The position numbers and the translations under genes are program-made. From Escherichia coli (GTDB taxonomy: Bacteria > Pseudomonadota > Gammaproteobacteria > Enterobacterales > Enterobacteriaceae), in the NCBI RefSeq assembly GCF_003334305.1, contig NZ_QOWS01000007.1: a stretch of 64,000 nucleotides of DNA; one strand, written 5' to 3'. Shown here piece by piece: positions 1 through 12,907 of the stretch. A model generated the notes under the pieces. It made no database searches, was not told the DNA's origin, and was given only the letters and a program-made list of their open reading frames with translations. Numbering within the stretch: the stretch's first letter is position 1; the number at the start of each line of letters is the position of its first letter.

Positions 1-14
1 GCATTCAGTTTCAT
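1..14 (-). CDS. pdeF: c-di-GMP phosphodiesterase PdeF (YfgF), first codons only; gene runs off the left edge
   Basis: Reverse complement of nt 1-14 reads ATG AAA CTG AAT GC (M K L N A), matching the recalled PdeF N-terminus; only 14 nt visible. Confidence 0.3.
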
Positions 15-365
15 AGATGCTCAGCAGAATCCCCCACATCCTGAAGGAGGTGTATTCAGACAGGCATCCCACCTGACTTCGAATGATGATTATTCATCAC
101 TATAGAGAGCATTGATTCTAAGTGTCATATGAAAGTTCCAATTGATATATATCAAACAAAATAACCCTGATTAATGAATTATTACGTTTATCATGTTAAT
201 TCATCATTATTACATCATCATTGTAAATAATTAAATTAACTTCCATAACATTAAAATATGTATCCACTGACGCTTTTTTACATAACGAAGAATTGACCAT
301 TTTGTCCTGTTGTGCCTTAATGTAAGTACCGTCCACAGCGTGGGACATACTTCAAGGAACCTTTT

Positions 366-557
366 GTGAGTCAGGCAACCAGTATGCGAAAACGACACCG
401 ATTTAACAGTCGCATGACCCGTATCGTACTGCTCATCAGCTTTATCTTCTTCTTTGGCCGTTTTATCTACTCGTCCGTCGGTGCCTGGCAGCACCATCAG
501 AGCAAAAAAGAAGCTCAGCAATCCACACTCTCCGTCGAATCACCGGTACAACGTTAG
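366..557 (+). CDS. yfgG: small membrane protein YfgG (63 aa)
   Basis: 63-aa ORF with hydrophobic segment IVLLISFIFFFGRFIY; position between pdeF and yfgH matches K-12 order. Confidence 0.8.
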   Translation: MSQATSMRKRHRFNSRMTRIVLLISFIFFFGRFIYSSVGAWQHHQSKKEAQQSTLSVESPVQR

Positions 558-867
558 CGGTTACCTTCTCCACTTTCACAGAACCTAACGGCACTTCGCT
601 GTCGGATGCTTTTGCTCTTTGGAATTATCAAAGCGGCAGATATTCTTTCATCTTAAATTTTACGTCTTTGTCCTGACTGAGGTTTATCCTGTTTGGCTGC
701 GAAATAAATATAAAATTAATATATATGTTGTAATGATATATTTTTATAAATTATTCCCTGCGTGAATTTTAATAAATTTAATCTATCCCTTTATACGCAA
801 TACATTTACTTTCCTCTTTTGATGATCTTAAATGTCTTATTTTTCGTAATGTGTATAACAAGGAATA

Positions 868-1386
868 GTGATGAAATTTAAAAAATGTCTTCTGCCTGTG
901 GCAATGTTAGCGTCATTCACTCTGGCAGGATGCCAGTCAAATGCTGACGATCATGCCGCCGATGTTTATCAAACCGATCAACTGAATACCAAACAAGAAA
1001 CTAAAACCGTTAATATTATTTCCATTCTTCCCGCAAAAGTTGCCGTAGACAACTCCCAAAATAAACGGAACGCACAAGCCTTCGGCGCGCTTATTGGCGC
1101 AGTCGCTGGCGGTGTTATCGGCCACAACGTCGGTTCTGGCAGCAATTCCGGAACGACGGCAGGGGCAGTTGGCGGCGGAGCTGTAGGCGCGGCAGTGGGT
1201 TCTATGGTGAATGATAAAACCTTAGTGGAAGGTGTTTCTTTAACATATAAGGAAGGCACCAAAGTGTATACCTCTACCCAGGTGGGTAAAGAGTGCCAGT
1301 TTACGACAGGTTTAGCCGTTGTTATTACCACAACGTATAACGAAACGCGTATTCAGCCAAATACTAAATGTCCTGAAAAGAGCTAA
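868..1386 (+). CDS. yfgH: glycine-zipper outer-membrane lipoprotein YfgH (172 aa)
   Basis: Lipobox LAGC after signal peptide; Gly/Ala-rich zipper GALIGAVAGGVIGHNVGSG...GAVGGGAVGAAVG. Confidence 0.85.
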   Translation: MMKFKKCLLPVAMLASFTLAGCQSNADDHAADVYQTDQLNTKQETKTVNIISILPAKVAVDNSQNKRNAQAFGALIGAVAGGVIGHNVGSGSNSGTTAGAVGGGAVGAAVGSMVNDKTLVEGVSLTYKEGTKVYTSTQVGKECQFTTGLAVVITTTYNETRIQPNTKCPEKS

Positions 1387-1401
1387 TAATCAGGAGGAGT
1401 C

Positions 1402-1941
1402 ATGAAGAAAGTTTTTCTTTGCGCCATCTTGGCCTCCTTAAGCTATCCGGCTATCGCCTCATCATTGCAGGATCAACTCTCTGCTGTAGCAGAAGCTGAA
1501 CAGCAAGGTAAAAATGAAGAGCAAAGGCAGCATGACGAATGGGTCGCGGAGCGCAACAGGGAAATCCAGCAAGAGAAGCAACGTCGCGCAAATGCCCAGG
1601 CCGCCGCTAACAAAAGAGCGGCAACGGCAGCGGCAAATAAGAAAGCTCGTCAGGATAAACTGGACGCCGAAGCCTCTGCGGACAAAAAACGCGATCAAAG
1701 TTATGAAGATGAGCTACGCAGCTTAGAGATTCAGAAACAAAAACTGGCGCTGGCAAAAGAAGAAGCCCGCGTTAAGCGAGAAAACGAATTTATCGATCAG
1801 GAACTGAAGCACAAAGCTGCGCAAACCGATGTGGTGCAATCTGAAGCTGACGCCAACAGAAATATGACTGAAGGCGGTCGCGATCTGATGAAAAGCGTGG
1901 GCAAAGCAGAAGAGAACAAATCGGACAGCTGGTTTAATTAA
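1402..1941 (+). CDS. yfgI: YfgI, secreted charged coiled-coil-like protein (179 aa)
   Basis: Signal peptide MKKVFLCAILASLSYPAIA; Ala/Lys/Glu-rich low-complexity body; 16-nt gap after yfgH with SD-like AGGAGGAG. Confidence 0.85.
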   Translation: MKKVFLCAILASLSYPAIASSLQDQLSAVAEAEQQGKNEEQRQHDEWVAERNREIQQEKQRRANAQAAANKRAATAAANKKARQDKLDAEASADKKRDQSYEDELRSLEIQKQKLALAKEEARVKRENEFIDQELKHKAAQTDVVQSEADANRNMTEGGRDLMKSVGKAEENKSDSWFN

Positions 1942-1980
1942 TCGATGTTAGTAACTTCAAGCCTATGATTCTTGAAGATA

Positions 1981-2013
1981 AAAAACCCTCTGTAGTAACA
2001 GAGGGTTTTGTTC
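1981..2013. terminator. bidirectional rho-independent terminator between convergent yfgI and guaA
   Basis: aaaaaccctctgttactacagagggttttgtt-type hairpin (ccctctg...cagaggg) flanked by A-run and T-run. Confidence 0.6.
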
Positions 2014-2035
2014 ATTCATAGTGCAGGGATTAAAA

Positions 2036-3613
2036 TCATTCCCACTCAATGGTAGCTGGCGGCTTGCCGCTGATGTCATACACCACGCGGGAAATACCGT
2101 TCACTTCATTGATAATGCGGTTGGAAACGCGACCGAGGAAATCGTACGGCAGATGCGCCCAGTGTGCGGTCATAAAGTCGATGGTTTCGACAGCACGCAG
2201 AGAGACAACCCAGTCATACTTACGACCATCGCCCATTACGCCAACGGAACGTACCGGCAGGAACACAGTGAACGCCTGGCTGACTTTGTCGTACAGGTCC
2301 GCTTTACGCAGTTCTTCAATGAAGATGGCGTCAGCACGGCGCAGCAGGTCACAGTACTCTTTCTTCACTTCACCCAGCACACGAACGCCAAGGCCTGGTC
2401 CCGGGAACGGGTGACGGTACAGCATGTCGTACGGCAGGCCCAGCTCCAGACCAATCTTACGCACTTCGTCTTTGAACAGCTCTTTCAGCGGTTCAACCAG
2501 GCCCATCTTCATCTCTTTCGGCAGGCCGCCCACGTTGTGGTGAGATTTGATGACGTGTGCTTTACCGGTTGCAGAAGCCGCAGATTCGATAACGTCAGGG
2601 TAGATGGTGCCCTGCGCCAGCCACTTCACGTCTTCCAGTTTCAGCGCTTCTTCATCGAATACTTCAACGAAAACGCGCCCGATGATTTTACGTTTTGCTT
2701 CCGGATCGTTTTCGCCAGCCAGCGCTGACAGGAAGCGATCTTCTGCCGGTACGTGAACAATGTTAAGACCAAAGTGATCGCCAAACATATCCAGAACCTG
2801 CTCTGCTTCGTTGAGACGCAGCAGGCCGTTGTCGACGAATACGCAAGTCAGGTTTTTACCGATAGCGCGGTGCAGCAGCATTGCGGTTACGGAGGAATCC
2901 ACACCACCAGAGAGGCCGAGGATGACTTTATCGTCGCCTACCTGCTCGCGGATGCGAGCTACAGCATCGTCGATAATTTTCGCTGGCGTCCACAGGGCTT
3001 CACACTGGCAGATATCACGCACAAAACGCTCCAGCATGCGCATACCCTGGCGGGTGTGAGTCACTTCCGGGTGGAACTGTACGCCATAGAAGCGTTTTTC
3101 TTCGTTAGCCATAATGGCAAACGGGCAGCTTTCGGTGCTGGCTACGGTGACGAAGTCGGACGGGATAGCGGTAACTTTATCGCCGTGGCTCATCCAGACA
3201 TCGAGCAGCGGTTTACCGTCTGCGGTCAGCGCATCTTCGATACCGCGAACCAGTGCGCTGTCGTTTACGACTTCAACCTGCGCGTAGCCAAATTCACGTT
3301 CGTTAGAGGCTTCAACGTGACCGCCCAACTGCATTGCCATGGTCTGCATGCCATAGCAAACGCCGAATACCGGTACGCCTGCTTCAAAGACATACTGCGG
3401 CGCACGCGGGCTGTTTTCTTCGGTGGTGCTTTCCGGGCCGCCGGAAAGAATAATGCCGCTTGGATTGAAGTCACGAATTTGTGCTTCTGTCACATCCCAC
3501 GCCCACAGTTCGCAGTAAACACCCAGCTCACGCACGCGGCGCGCAACCAGTTGAGTGTACTGAGAACCGAAGTCCAGAATGAGGATGCGATGCTTATGAA
3601 TGTTTTCCGTCAT
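2036..3613 (-). CDS. guaA: GMP synthase (glutamine-hydrolysing), 525 aa
   Basis: Full-length ORF; N-terminus [22 protein letters not shown]; ends ...PPATIEWE. Confidence 0.97.
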   Translation of the reverse strand: MTENIHKHRILILDFGSQYTQLVARRVRELGVYCELWAWDVTEAQIRDFNPSGIILSGGPESTTEENSPRAPQYVFEAGVPVFGVCYGMQTMAMQLGGHVEASNEREFGYAQVEVVNDSALVRGIEDALTADGKPLLDVWMSHGDKVTAIPSDFVTVASTESCPFAIMANEEKRFYGVQFHPEVTHTRQGMRMLERFVRDICQCEALWTPAKIIDDAVARIREQVGDDKVILGLSGGVDSSVTAMLLHRAIGKNLTCVFVDNGLLRLNEAEQVLDMFGDHFGLNIVHVPAEDRFLSALAGENDPEAKRKIIGRVFVEVFDEEALKLEDVKWLAQGTIYPDVIESAASATGKAHVIKSHHNVGGLPKEMKMGLVEPLKELFKDEVRKIGLELGLPYDMLYRHPFPGPGLGVRVLGEVKKEYCDLLRRADAIFIEELRKADLYDKVSQAFTVFLPVRSVGVMGDGRKYDWVVSLRAVETIDFMTAHWAHLPYDFLGRVSNRIINEVNGISRVVYDISGKPPATIEWE

Positions 3614-3681
3614 TGACGCTTATTCCGAGGCAAGTGAAACAGATAATATAAATCGCCCGACATGAAGTCGGGCGAAGAGAA

Positions 3682-5148
3682 TCAGGAGCCCAGACGGTAG
3701 TTCGGGGACTCTTTAGTAATGGTCACGTCGTGAACGTGGCTTTCCTGAATGCCCGCACCGCTGATACGTACAAACTCCGCTTTAGTACGCAGTTCGTCGA
3801 TAGTACCACAGCCGGTCAGACCCATACAGGAGCGCAGGCCGCCCATCTGCTGGTGAATGATCTCTTTCAGGCGACCTTTATAAGCTACGCGACCTTCGAT
3901 ACCTTCCGGCACCAGTTTGTCGGCAGCGTTATCGCTCTGGAAATAACGGTCAGAGGAACCTTTGGACATCGCGCCCAGGGAACCCATACCACGGTAAGAT
4001 TTGTAAGAACGGCCCTGGTAGAGTTCGATTTCACCCGGAGATTCTTCAGTACCCGCCAGCATGGAACCTACCATCACCGCGCTTGCGCCAGCGGCGATAG
4101 CTTTGGCGATGTCGCCGGAGAAGCGAATACCACCATCTGCGATAACCGGAATACCGGTGCCTTCCAGGGCTTCAACTGCGTCAGCAACGGCAGTGATCTG
4201 CGGAACACCTACGCCAGTAACGATACGAGTCGTACAGATAGAACCAGGGCCGATACCGACTTTAACCGCGCTGCAACCAGCTTCTGCCAAAGCGCGTGCA
4301 CCTGCAGCTGTTGCCACGTTGCCGCCGATGATTTGCAGATCCGGATATTTAGCACGGGTTTCACGGATACGCTGCAAAACGCCTTCTGAGTGACCGTGGG
4401 AGGAGTCGATCAGCAGAACGTCAACGCCAGCGGCAACCAGCGCGTCAACACGCTCTTCGTTACCCGCACCTGCGCCAACTGCAGCACCAACACGCAGACG
4501 GCCTTGCTCGTCTTTACAGGCGTTCGGTTTACGTTCCGCTTTCTGGAAGTCTTTCACGGTGATCATGCCGATCAGGTGGAATTCGTCATCAACCACCAGC
4601 GCTTTTTCAACGCGTTTTTCGTGCATTTTTGCCAGCACCACTTCACGGGCTTCACCTTCACGCACGGTGACCAGACGCTCTTTCGGCGTCATGTAAACGC
4701 TAACCGGCTGGTTCAGGTCGGTAACAAAACGCACGTCACGACCGGTGATAATACCCACCAGTTCGTTTTCTTCGGTAACGACCGGATAGCCCGCAAAACC
4801 GTTACGCTCAGTCAGTTCTTTCACTTCGCGCAGCGTCGTGGTTGGCAGAACAGTCTGCGGATCAGTCACCACACCAGATTCGTGTTTTTTCACACGGCGA
4901 ACTTCTTCTGCCTGGCGTTCAATGGACATGTTTTTGTGGATAAAGCCGATACCGCCTTCCTGAGCCAGAGCAATAGCCAGGCGCGCTTCCGTTACGGTAT
5001 CCATTGCTGCGGAAAGCATAGGGATATTCAGACGAATAGTTTTCGTCAGCTGGGTGCTGAGGTCAGCAGTATTCGGCAGAACGGTAGAATGAGCAGGAAC
5101 GAGGAGAACGTCGTCAAACGTCAGAGCTTCTTTAGCGATACGTAGCAT
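3682..5148 (-). CDS. guaB: IMP dehydrogenase, 488 aa
   Basis: ORF-track entry is 511 aa; true start taken at internal ATG giving [18 protein letters not shown] (cat at 5146-5148 on plus strand). Confidence 0.95.
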
Positions 5149-5279
5149 GGGCAATATCTCGACCAGAGTGGTTAATAAATATTGCCGCGGCATTATACAG
5201 AGCGTAACCGATTGCATCTACCCCTTTTTGCAAAAAATGCTTGCTATCCCCGAAGGGCGGGTTACTATCGACTGAATAA

Positions 5280-6892
<1,613 letters not shown>

Positions 6893-6960
6893 ATGAATTC
6901 CTCCGGTAGCCATCCCTCTACATTCATAGAGGGAATGGCAGATAAAATACTTACGGATAA

Positions 6961-8433
6961 TTATTTATTTTTCTTGATGTGCTTCATCAGACGCTTACGT
7001 TTACGCATCTGGGTTGGCGTCAGGGTGTTACGCTTGTTCGCATACGGGTTTTCCCCTTCTTTGAACTGAATACGAATCGGCGATCCCATTACGTCCAGCG
7101 ATTTGCGGAAGTAGTTCATCAAGTAGCGCTTGTAGGAATCAGGCAGGTCTTTCACCTGATTACCGTGAATCACCACAATCGGCGGGTTATAACCACCAGC
7201 GTGGGCATATTTCAGCTTCACACGACGACCGCGTACCAGCGGCGGTTGGTGATCTTCAACAGCCATCGTCATGATGCGCGTCAGCATAGAGGTCCCCACA
7301 CGACGGGTGGAGCTGTCATACGCTTCACGTACTGATTCAAACAAGTTACCAACACCACTGCCGTGCAAGGCAGAGATAAAGTGCACACGAGCAAAATCGA
7401 TAAAGCCCAGACGGAAGTCCAGCGTTTCTTTCACCTGCTCTTTCACTTCCTGGCTCAGGCCATCCCACTTATTCACCACAATGACAAGTGAGCGCCCACT
7501 ATTGAGAATAAAGCCCAGCAGCGAGAGATCCTGATCGGAAATACCTTCGCGCGCATCAATCACCAACATCACCACGTTGGCATCTTCAATGGCCTGCAAC
7601 GTTTTGATTACGGAGAATTTCTCTACAGCATCGGTGATTTTGCCGCGTTTACGTACGCCAGCGGTGTCAATGAGCACATACTCACGTCCATCGCGTTCCA
7701 TTGGGATATAGATGCTGTCACGCGTCGTACCAGGCATGTCATAAACAACAACGCGCTCTTCACCAAGAATACGGTTAGTGAGTGTAGACTTACCTACGTT
7801 CGGACGACCCACAATCGCCAGTTTGATCGGCAGACTTTGCGGGTCAAAGTCGTCTTCCTCTTCTTCTTCGCCGTTCTCTTCCGCTTCAAATTGCGCCCAG
7901 TATTCAGCGTCTTCGTCGACTTCCTCTTGCGGTGCGAGATCTTCCATCCACGGCAGCAGCACATGCTCCAGCAGACTTAATACGCCACGACCGTGAGACG
8001 CGGCGATCGGGTAGATTTCACCTAAGCCAAGCGAGTAGAAATCAACCACTGCCTGATCGGGATCCAGACCGTCAGTTTTGTTTGCCACCAGGAAGGTCGG
8101 TTTTTCACGGGAGCGCAGATGTTTGGCAATCGCTTCATCTGCCGGCATCAGGCCCGCGCGCGCATCCACCATAAACAGTACGACGTCCGCTTCTTCAATC
8201 GCCAGCAGCGACTGTTCCGCCATGCGGGTTTCTACACCGTCTTCTGTGCCATCAATCCCGCCGGTATCAATACAGATAAACTCACGGCCTTCAATTTCCG
8301 CACGACCGTACTTACGGTCACGAGTCAGACCCGGGAAATCCGCAACCAGCGCATCTCGGGTGCGAGTTAGACGGTTAAATAACGTGGATTTTCCTACGTT
8401 AGGGCGCCCGACAAGCGCGACCACAGGTACCAT
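6961..8433 (-). CDS. der: ribosome-assembly GTPase Der (EngA), 490 aa
   Basis: Two GTPase domains each with [10 protein letters not shown]-loop; start at [20 protein letters not shown] (track ORF is a 13-codon 5' extension). Confidence 0.93.
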
Positions 8434-8550
8434 GTTTAAAGCCTCATTTTTATAAATCATCAGACAACGCACGCTATATTCGCGTCGTTGTTAAAAACAG
8501 GAAAACGGCCCCTGTCCAGGAGCCGTTTTCAAAGTGAACGACAGAGACGA

Positions 8551-9729
8551 TTAACGTGTAATAGAGTACACGGTTCCGTCTTTTGCCTGGATCAGCAGTT
8601 TGCCGTCAGCGGCAACCGGTTCAGTCTGGAAACCGGAACTATCAACTTTTTGCTGGGCAACGAAACGACCATCTTCGACGTTAATCCAGTGCAGATAACC
8701 TTCACTGTCACCGACCACCAGGTTGCCATTATACAGCACCGGAGAAGTCAGCAGGCGATGCAGCAGATCGCTTTGTGTCCACAGCGTAACGCCGCCATCA
8801 ATGGTCAACGCCATCACCCTGTCATTTTGATCGACCAGATAGATGCGATTGCCGTCGACGATGAAATCATTCACCGAACCCAGTTCGCGTTTCCACATAA
8901 TCTGACCACTGCGCAGATCAAGCGCCGTCAGGTTACCATTATAGGCCAGCGCGAAAACAACGCCGTTAACAACGACGGGAGTCGTGTCAACATCGCTCAG
9001 ACGGTCAATTTCGGTAGAACCGGTCGCCTGGGAAATACGCTGCTGCCAAATCATCTGGCCCTGTTCCATCAGCACTGCGCTGACGCGACCATTATCGCCA
9101 CCCACGACGGCCGCACCAAAAGCCGTTGCCGGCGCAGACTCGCCACGCAAAGAGAGCGAAGGCATATCGAGGTTAACTGTCCATTTGACAGCGCCGTCAG
9201 CTTCGTTCAGCGCTTGTAACTGACCGTTACTGGTGTGGATTAACACCAGACCGTCGCTGACCACCGGGCGCGAAAGTGCTTCACCCGCGACTTTAGTTTG
9301 CCATGCCACAGTACCATCGCTGGTATTCAGCGCGTAAACCTGCGCCTTTTCGCTGCCAATGTAGACATGCCCACCAGACACGGTCACACCGCCAGAAAGT
9401 AATGCAGGCTCTTTAGAGAACCAGCCATCTTTCTCGGCCAGGCTGACAGACCAGATTTCTTTGCCATCATCCGCATTCAGCGCTTTTACCAAACCAGCGC
9501 GGTCCGCTGCATAGACAACGTTGTCCGCCAGTGCCGGATGAAGATTGGAATAGAAGTTGCCAATGCCGCTACCAACGGAAGTGCTCCACGCCGTGGTCGG
9601 CGTAAACTGGTTTTCAACGGTTGGCAATGGGGACATCTTTACCACATCTTCTTCGCTGTTAAACAGCGAACAGCCGCTTAAAAGGGTAACGGAAAGCAGT
9701 CCTGGCAGCAGTAATTTACGCAATTGCAT
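8551..9729 (-). CDS. bamB: outer-membrane protein assembly factor BamB, 392 aa
   Basis: Lipoprotein signal with LLSGC lipobox; beta-propeller-like repeats; length matches. Confidence 0.95.
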   Translation of the reverse strand: MQLRKLLLPGLLSVTLLSGCSLFNSEEDVVKMSPLPTVENQFTPTTAWSTSVGSGIGNFYSNLHPALADNVVYAADRAGLVKALNADDGKEIWSVSLAEKDGWFSKEPALLSGGVTVSGGHVYIGSEKAQVYALNTSDGTVAWQTKVAGEALSRPVVSDGLVLIHTSNGQLQALNEADGAVKWTVNLDMPSLSLRGESAPATAFGAAVVGGDNGRVSAVLMEQGQMIWQQRISQATGSTEIDRLSDVDTTPVVVNGVVFALAYNGNLTALDLRSGQIMWKRELGSVNDFIVDGNRIYLVDQNDRVMALTIDGGVTLWTQSDLLHRLLTSPVLYNGNLVVGDSEGYLHWINVEDGRFVAQQKVDSSGFQTEPVAADGKLLIQAKDGTVYSITR

Positions 9730-9739
9730 CGGGTCCCTC

Positions 9740-10360
9740 TCAGATGGACAAATTATTAATTTTCATCTGCATCATTTCGCTCAGTGCCGGAGTAACATCG
9801 CTTTTCACGCCTGCTTCCCATGCACTACGCGCACCTTGCTTATCACCTTTGCTCAGCAATGCTTCACCACGCAGGTCGGCAACAATGGCAGCCCACCCTT
9901 CACCTTTGATGGTATCAAGGGTTTTCAGCGCGGCATCAGCCTGCTTGAGCTGTACCTGAACGCGAGCAAGACGCAGATTTATCACGGCTTTGAGATTTTC
10001 ATCGCTCGTGTCTGCCAGCCCCTGTTGTAACTGGGCGGCAGCTTTCTCTAGTTCATTTTTGTCAACAAATTGCTGCGCAAGTTCCAAAGAAGCCAGCGCA
10101 CCATAAGTATTTTTATTTTCAGCAGCAAATTTTTCCGCCGCCGGGATGCTATCCGGTTTGCCTTCGCTCACTGCGGTAACCGCATTTTGATAGGCAAGAG
10201 AAGCGGAGCGTGCAGAATCAACCTGATGGCTGTTCCAGTAGCGCCAGCCAATCAGTGCGCCAACGCCCAAAATCACCCCAACAGCCAGTGCTTTGCCATT
10301 TTCAGCAAAAAAGCGTTTAACCGCTTCTACCTGGTCGTTTTCGTTCTCGTAAATTTCCAC
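9740..10360 (-). CDS. yfgM: YfgM, TPR-like inner-membrane anchored protein, 206 aa
   Basis: Single N-terminal TM segment (ALAVGVILGVGALIGW) then helical repeats; 10-nt gap to bamB. Confidence 0.9.
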   Translation of the reverse strand: MEIYENENDQVEAVKRFFAENGKALAVGVILGVGALIGWRYWNSHQVDSARSASLAYQNAVTAVSEGKPDSIPAAEKFAAENKNTYGALASLELAQQFVDKNELEKAAAQLQQGLADTSDENLKAVINLRLARVQVQLKQADAALKTLDTIKGEGWAAIVADLRGEALLSKGDKQGARSAWEAGVKSDVTPALSEMMQMKINNLSI

Positions 10361-10377
10361 GCTGTCCTTCTCCTTCC

Positions 10378-11652
10378 TTAACCCAGTAACGTGCGCAAAT
10401 GCGCGGCTACGCTATCCTGCGCAACTGCCGTTTGCTCACCAGAGCGCAAATCCTTCACTACTGCTGTGCCGTTAGCCACTTCAGACTCACCCAGCACCAC
10501 AGCAACGCGGGCACCCCATTTATCAGCACGGGCAAACTGTTTCTTAAAGTTGCCGCCGCCGTGGTTGGTCATCAATTTCACGCCCTGTAATTCATCACGC
10601 AGACGCTCAGCTAATGCCATAGCCGCAGATTGTGTATCAGCACCTGAAGCCACCAGGTATATATCGACAACAGGATCGGCTTTAAATTCCGGATTAACGG
10701 CCTGTACTAACAATACAAGACGTTCGAGGCCCATCGCAAAACCGACAGCCGGTGTTGCACGACCGCCCAGTTGTTCCACAAGACCGTCATAACGACCGCC
10801 TGCACACACGGTGCCCTGGGAGCCGAGACTGTTAGTCACCCACTCGAAAACGGTACGGTTATAGTAATCCAGACCACGCACCAGACGCTGGTTTACGGTG
10901 TAAGCGATCCCCGCGCTCTCCAGCAGTTTGCACAGACCGGCAAAGTGCTCACGAGATTCCTCGTCCAGATAATCGCCTAATGCCGGAGCATCGTTGAGAA
11001 GCGCCTGCACTTCCGGATTTTTGGAATCCAGCACGCGCAGCGGGTTAGTGTACATGCGGCGTTTGCAGTCTTCGTCCAGCTTATCTTTATGCTGCTCAAG
11101 GAATGCCACCAGCGCATCGCGGTAATTGGCGCGTGCTTCCAGCGAACCGATAGAGTTCAGCTCAAGAGTTACGTGCTCGGAAATACCCAGCGCACGCCAC
11201 CAGCGGGCGGTGAGCATAATCAGTTCAGCGTCGATATCCGGACCTTGCAGACCGAAAACTTCGCAGCCCAACTGATGGAACTGACGATAACGCCCTTTCT
11301 GCGGACGCTCGTGACGGAACATCGGCCCGATATACCACAGACGCTGTTCCTGATTGTACAGAAGACCATGCTCAATGCCGGCGCGTACACAGCCCGCCGT
11401 CCCTTCAGGGCGCAGAGTCAGGCTGTCGCCATTGCGATCCTCAAAGGTGTACATCTCTTTTTCAACCACGTCGGTGACTTCACCAATCGCACGTTTGAAT
11501 AGCGGGGTCTGCTCTACAATCGGCAAGCGGATTTCACTGTAACCGTAGCTGCCGAGCACGTTTTTCAGTGTGCCTTCAATGCGCTGCCAGATGGCCGTTT
11601 CGCCAGGCAGGTAATCGTTCATGCCGCGAATGGCTTGAATGTTTTTTGCCAC
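10378..11652 (-). CDS. hisS: histidine--tRNA ligase, 424 aa
   Basis: Class II aaRS motifs; N-terminus [18 protein letters not shown]. Confidence 0.97.
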   Translation of the reverse strand: MAKNIQAIRGMNDYLPGETAIWQRIEGTLKNVLGSYGYSEIRLPIVEQTPLFKRAIGEVTDVVEKEMYTFEDRNGDSLTLRPEGTAGCVRAGIEHGLLYNQEQRLWYIGPMFRHERPQKGRYRQFHQLGCEVFGLQGPDIDAELIMLTARWWRALGISEHVTLELNSIGSLEARANYRDALVAFLEQHKDKLDEDCKRRMYTNPLRVLDSKNPEVQALLNDAPALGDYLDEESREHFAGLCKLLESAGIAYTVNQRLVRGLDYYNRTVFEWVTNSLGSQGTVCAGGRYDGLVEQLGGRATPAVGFAMGLERLVLLVQAVNPEFKADPVVDIYLVASGADTQSAAMALAERLRDELQGVKLMTNHGGGNFKKQFARADKWGARVAVVLGESEVANGTAVVKDLRSGEQTAVAQDSVAAHLRTLLG

Positions 11653-11659
11653 GTTTATT

Positions 11660-11755
11660 CTCTTTCTGAATATAAAAATGAACCCTCAACGCTTCCCTCA
11701 ATGTTTCGGGAGCTATGCGGGTTCAATCATACACGGGAAGCGAGGCGCTTCCCAT
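11660..11755 (-). ncRNA. sroE: candidate SroE sRNA (3'-UTR-derived from ispG) in the ispG-hisS spacer; boundaries approximate
   Basis: 110-bp spacer with hairpin gggaagcgcctcgcttccc downstream of ispG stop; sRNA placement is from memory. Confidence 0.4.
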
Positions 11756-11762
11756 CACGTTA

Positions 11763-12881
11763 TTATTTTTCAACCTGCTGAACGTCAATTCGACGCGCTT
11801 CGTCCAGCTGACTGGCTTTCGCACGAATGCGTGCTTCCAGCTGGTCGATCATATCGTTGTTGTCCAGACGGTCTTTGCGCACGCCATCTTCATAGAGGCC
11901 GCTTTTCTTGTTGCCGCCGGTGACGCCGAGTGTAGAAACCAGCGCCTCACCTGGGCCATTCACCACGCAGCCGATAATCGAAACGTCCATCGGAGTGATG
12001 ATATCTTCCAGGCGTTGCTCCAGCGCGTTAACCGTACCGATAACATCAAATTCCTGACGCGAACAGGTCGGGCAGGCGATGAAGTTGATCCCGCGCGAAC
12101 GGATACGCAGCGATTTCAAAATATCGAAACCGACTTTGATCTCTTCGACCGGATCGGCCGCCAGTGATACGCGCAGCGTGTCGCCGATGCCTTCAGACAG
12201 CAGCAGACCTAAACCAATGGCGGATTTTACTGCCCCGCTGCGTGCACCACCGGCTTCGGTGATCCCCAGATGCAGCGGCTGATCGATCTGTTTTGCCAGC
12301 AAACGATAAGACTCAACAGCGAGGAAGACGTCAGACGCTTTCACGCTGACTTTGAACTGATCGAAGTTCAGGCGATCGAGATGATCAACATGGCGCATGG
12401 CGGATTCCAGCAACGCCTGCGGCGTCGGTTCGCCATACTTTTCTTGCAGATCTTTTTCCAGCGATCCGGCGTTAACGCCAATACGGATCGGAATGTTTTT
12501 ATCGCGCGCACAGTCAACCACCATGCGAATACGCTCTTCATTACCGATATTGCCAGGGTTAATACGCAGACAATCGACGCCGTATTCCGCTACTTTCAGT
12601 GCAATGCGATAGTCGAAGTGGATGTCAGCCACCAGCGGCACGTTAACCTGCTGTTTGATGAGTTTGAACGCTTCTGCCGCGTCCATCGTCGGTACGGAGA
12701 CACGGACGATATCAGCGCCAACGCGTTCCAGCGCCTTGATTTGATTGACCGTTGCTTCGACGTCTGTCGTACGCGTATTGGTCATGGACTGTACGGCGAT
12801 GGGAGCACCATCGCCAATCGGCACATTCCCAACGTAAATACGTGTTGATTTTCTACGTTGAATTGGAGCCTGGTTATGCAT
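11763..12881 (-). CDS. ispG: 4-hydroxy-3-methylbut-2-enyl diphosphate synthase (IspG/GcpE), 372 aa
   Basis: Full-length ORF; C-terminal Cys cluster [10 protein letters not shown]...GCVVNGPGE. Confidence 0.97.
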
Positions 12882-12907
12882 GAAAAATCTCCCGCGTTAC
12901 CCGTCTG

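Noticed and set aside
231-521. 96-aa minus-strand ORF overlapping yfgG
   Set aside because: Antisense to the recognised yfgG frame and largely in AT-rich spacer; no SD; most likely a chance ORF.
3655-3674. Hairpin cgcccgac-atgaag-tcgggcg in the guaB-guaA spacer
   Set aside because: Lies inside the guaBA operon and lacks a U-tract; probably a stabilising or processing stem, not a distinct feature I can support.
2021-5145. Long antisense ORFs inside guaA and guaB (for example 2021-2728 +, 2753-3616 +, 3730-4389 +, 4390-5145 +)
   Set aside because: Shadow ORFs on the opposite strand of strongly codon-biased genes; they sit entirely within well-recognised coding sequences.
3682-5217. ORF-track entries longer than the real proteins (guaB 511 vs 488 aa, der 503 vs 490, sseA 334 vs 281, pepB 456 vs 427, hscA 634 vs 616, hcaR 327 vs 296, yphG 1124 vs 1093, glrR 478 vs 444 and others)
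   Set aside because: In-frame upstream extensions to the first possible start codon; the recognisable conserved N-termini begin at internal ATGs, so I used those.
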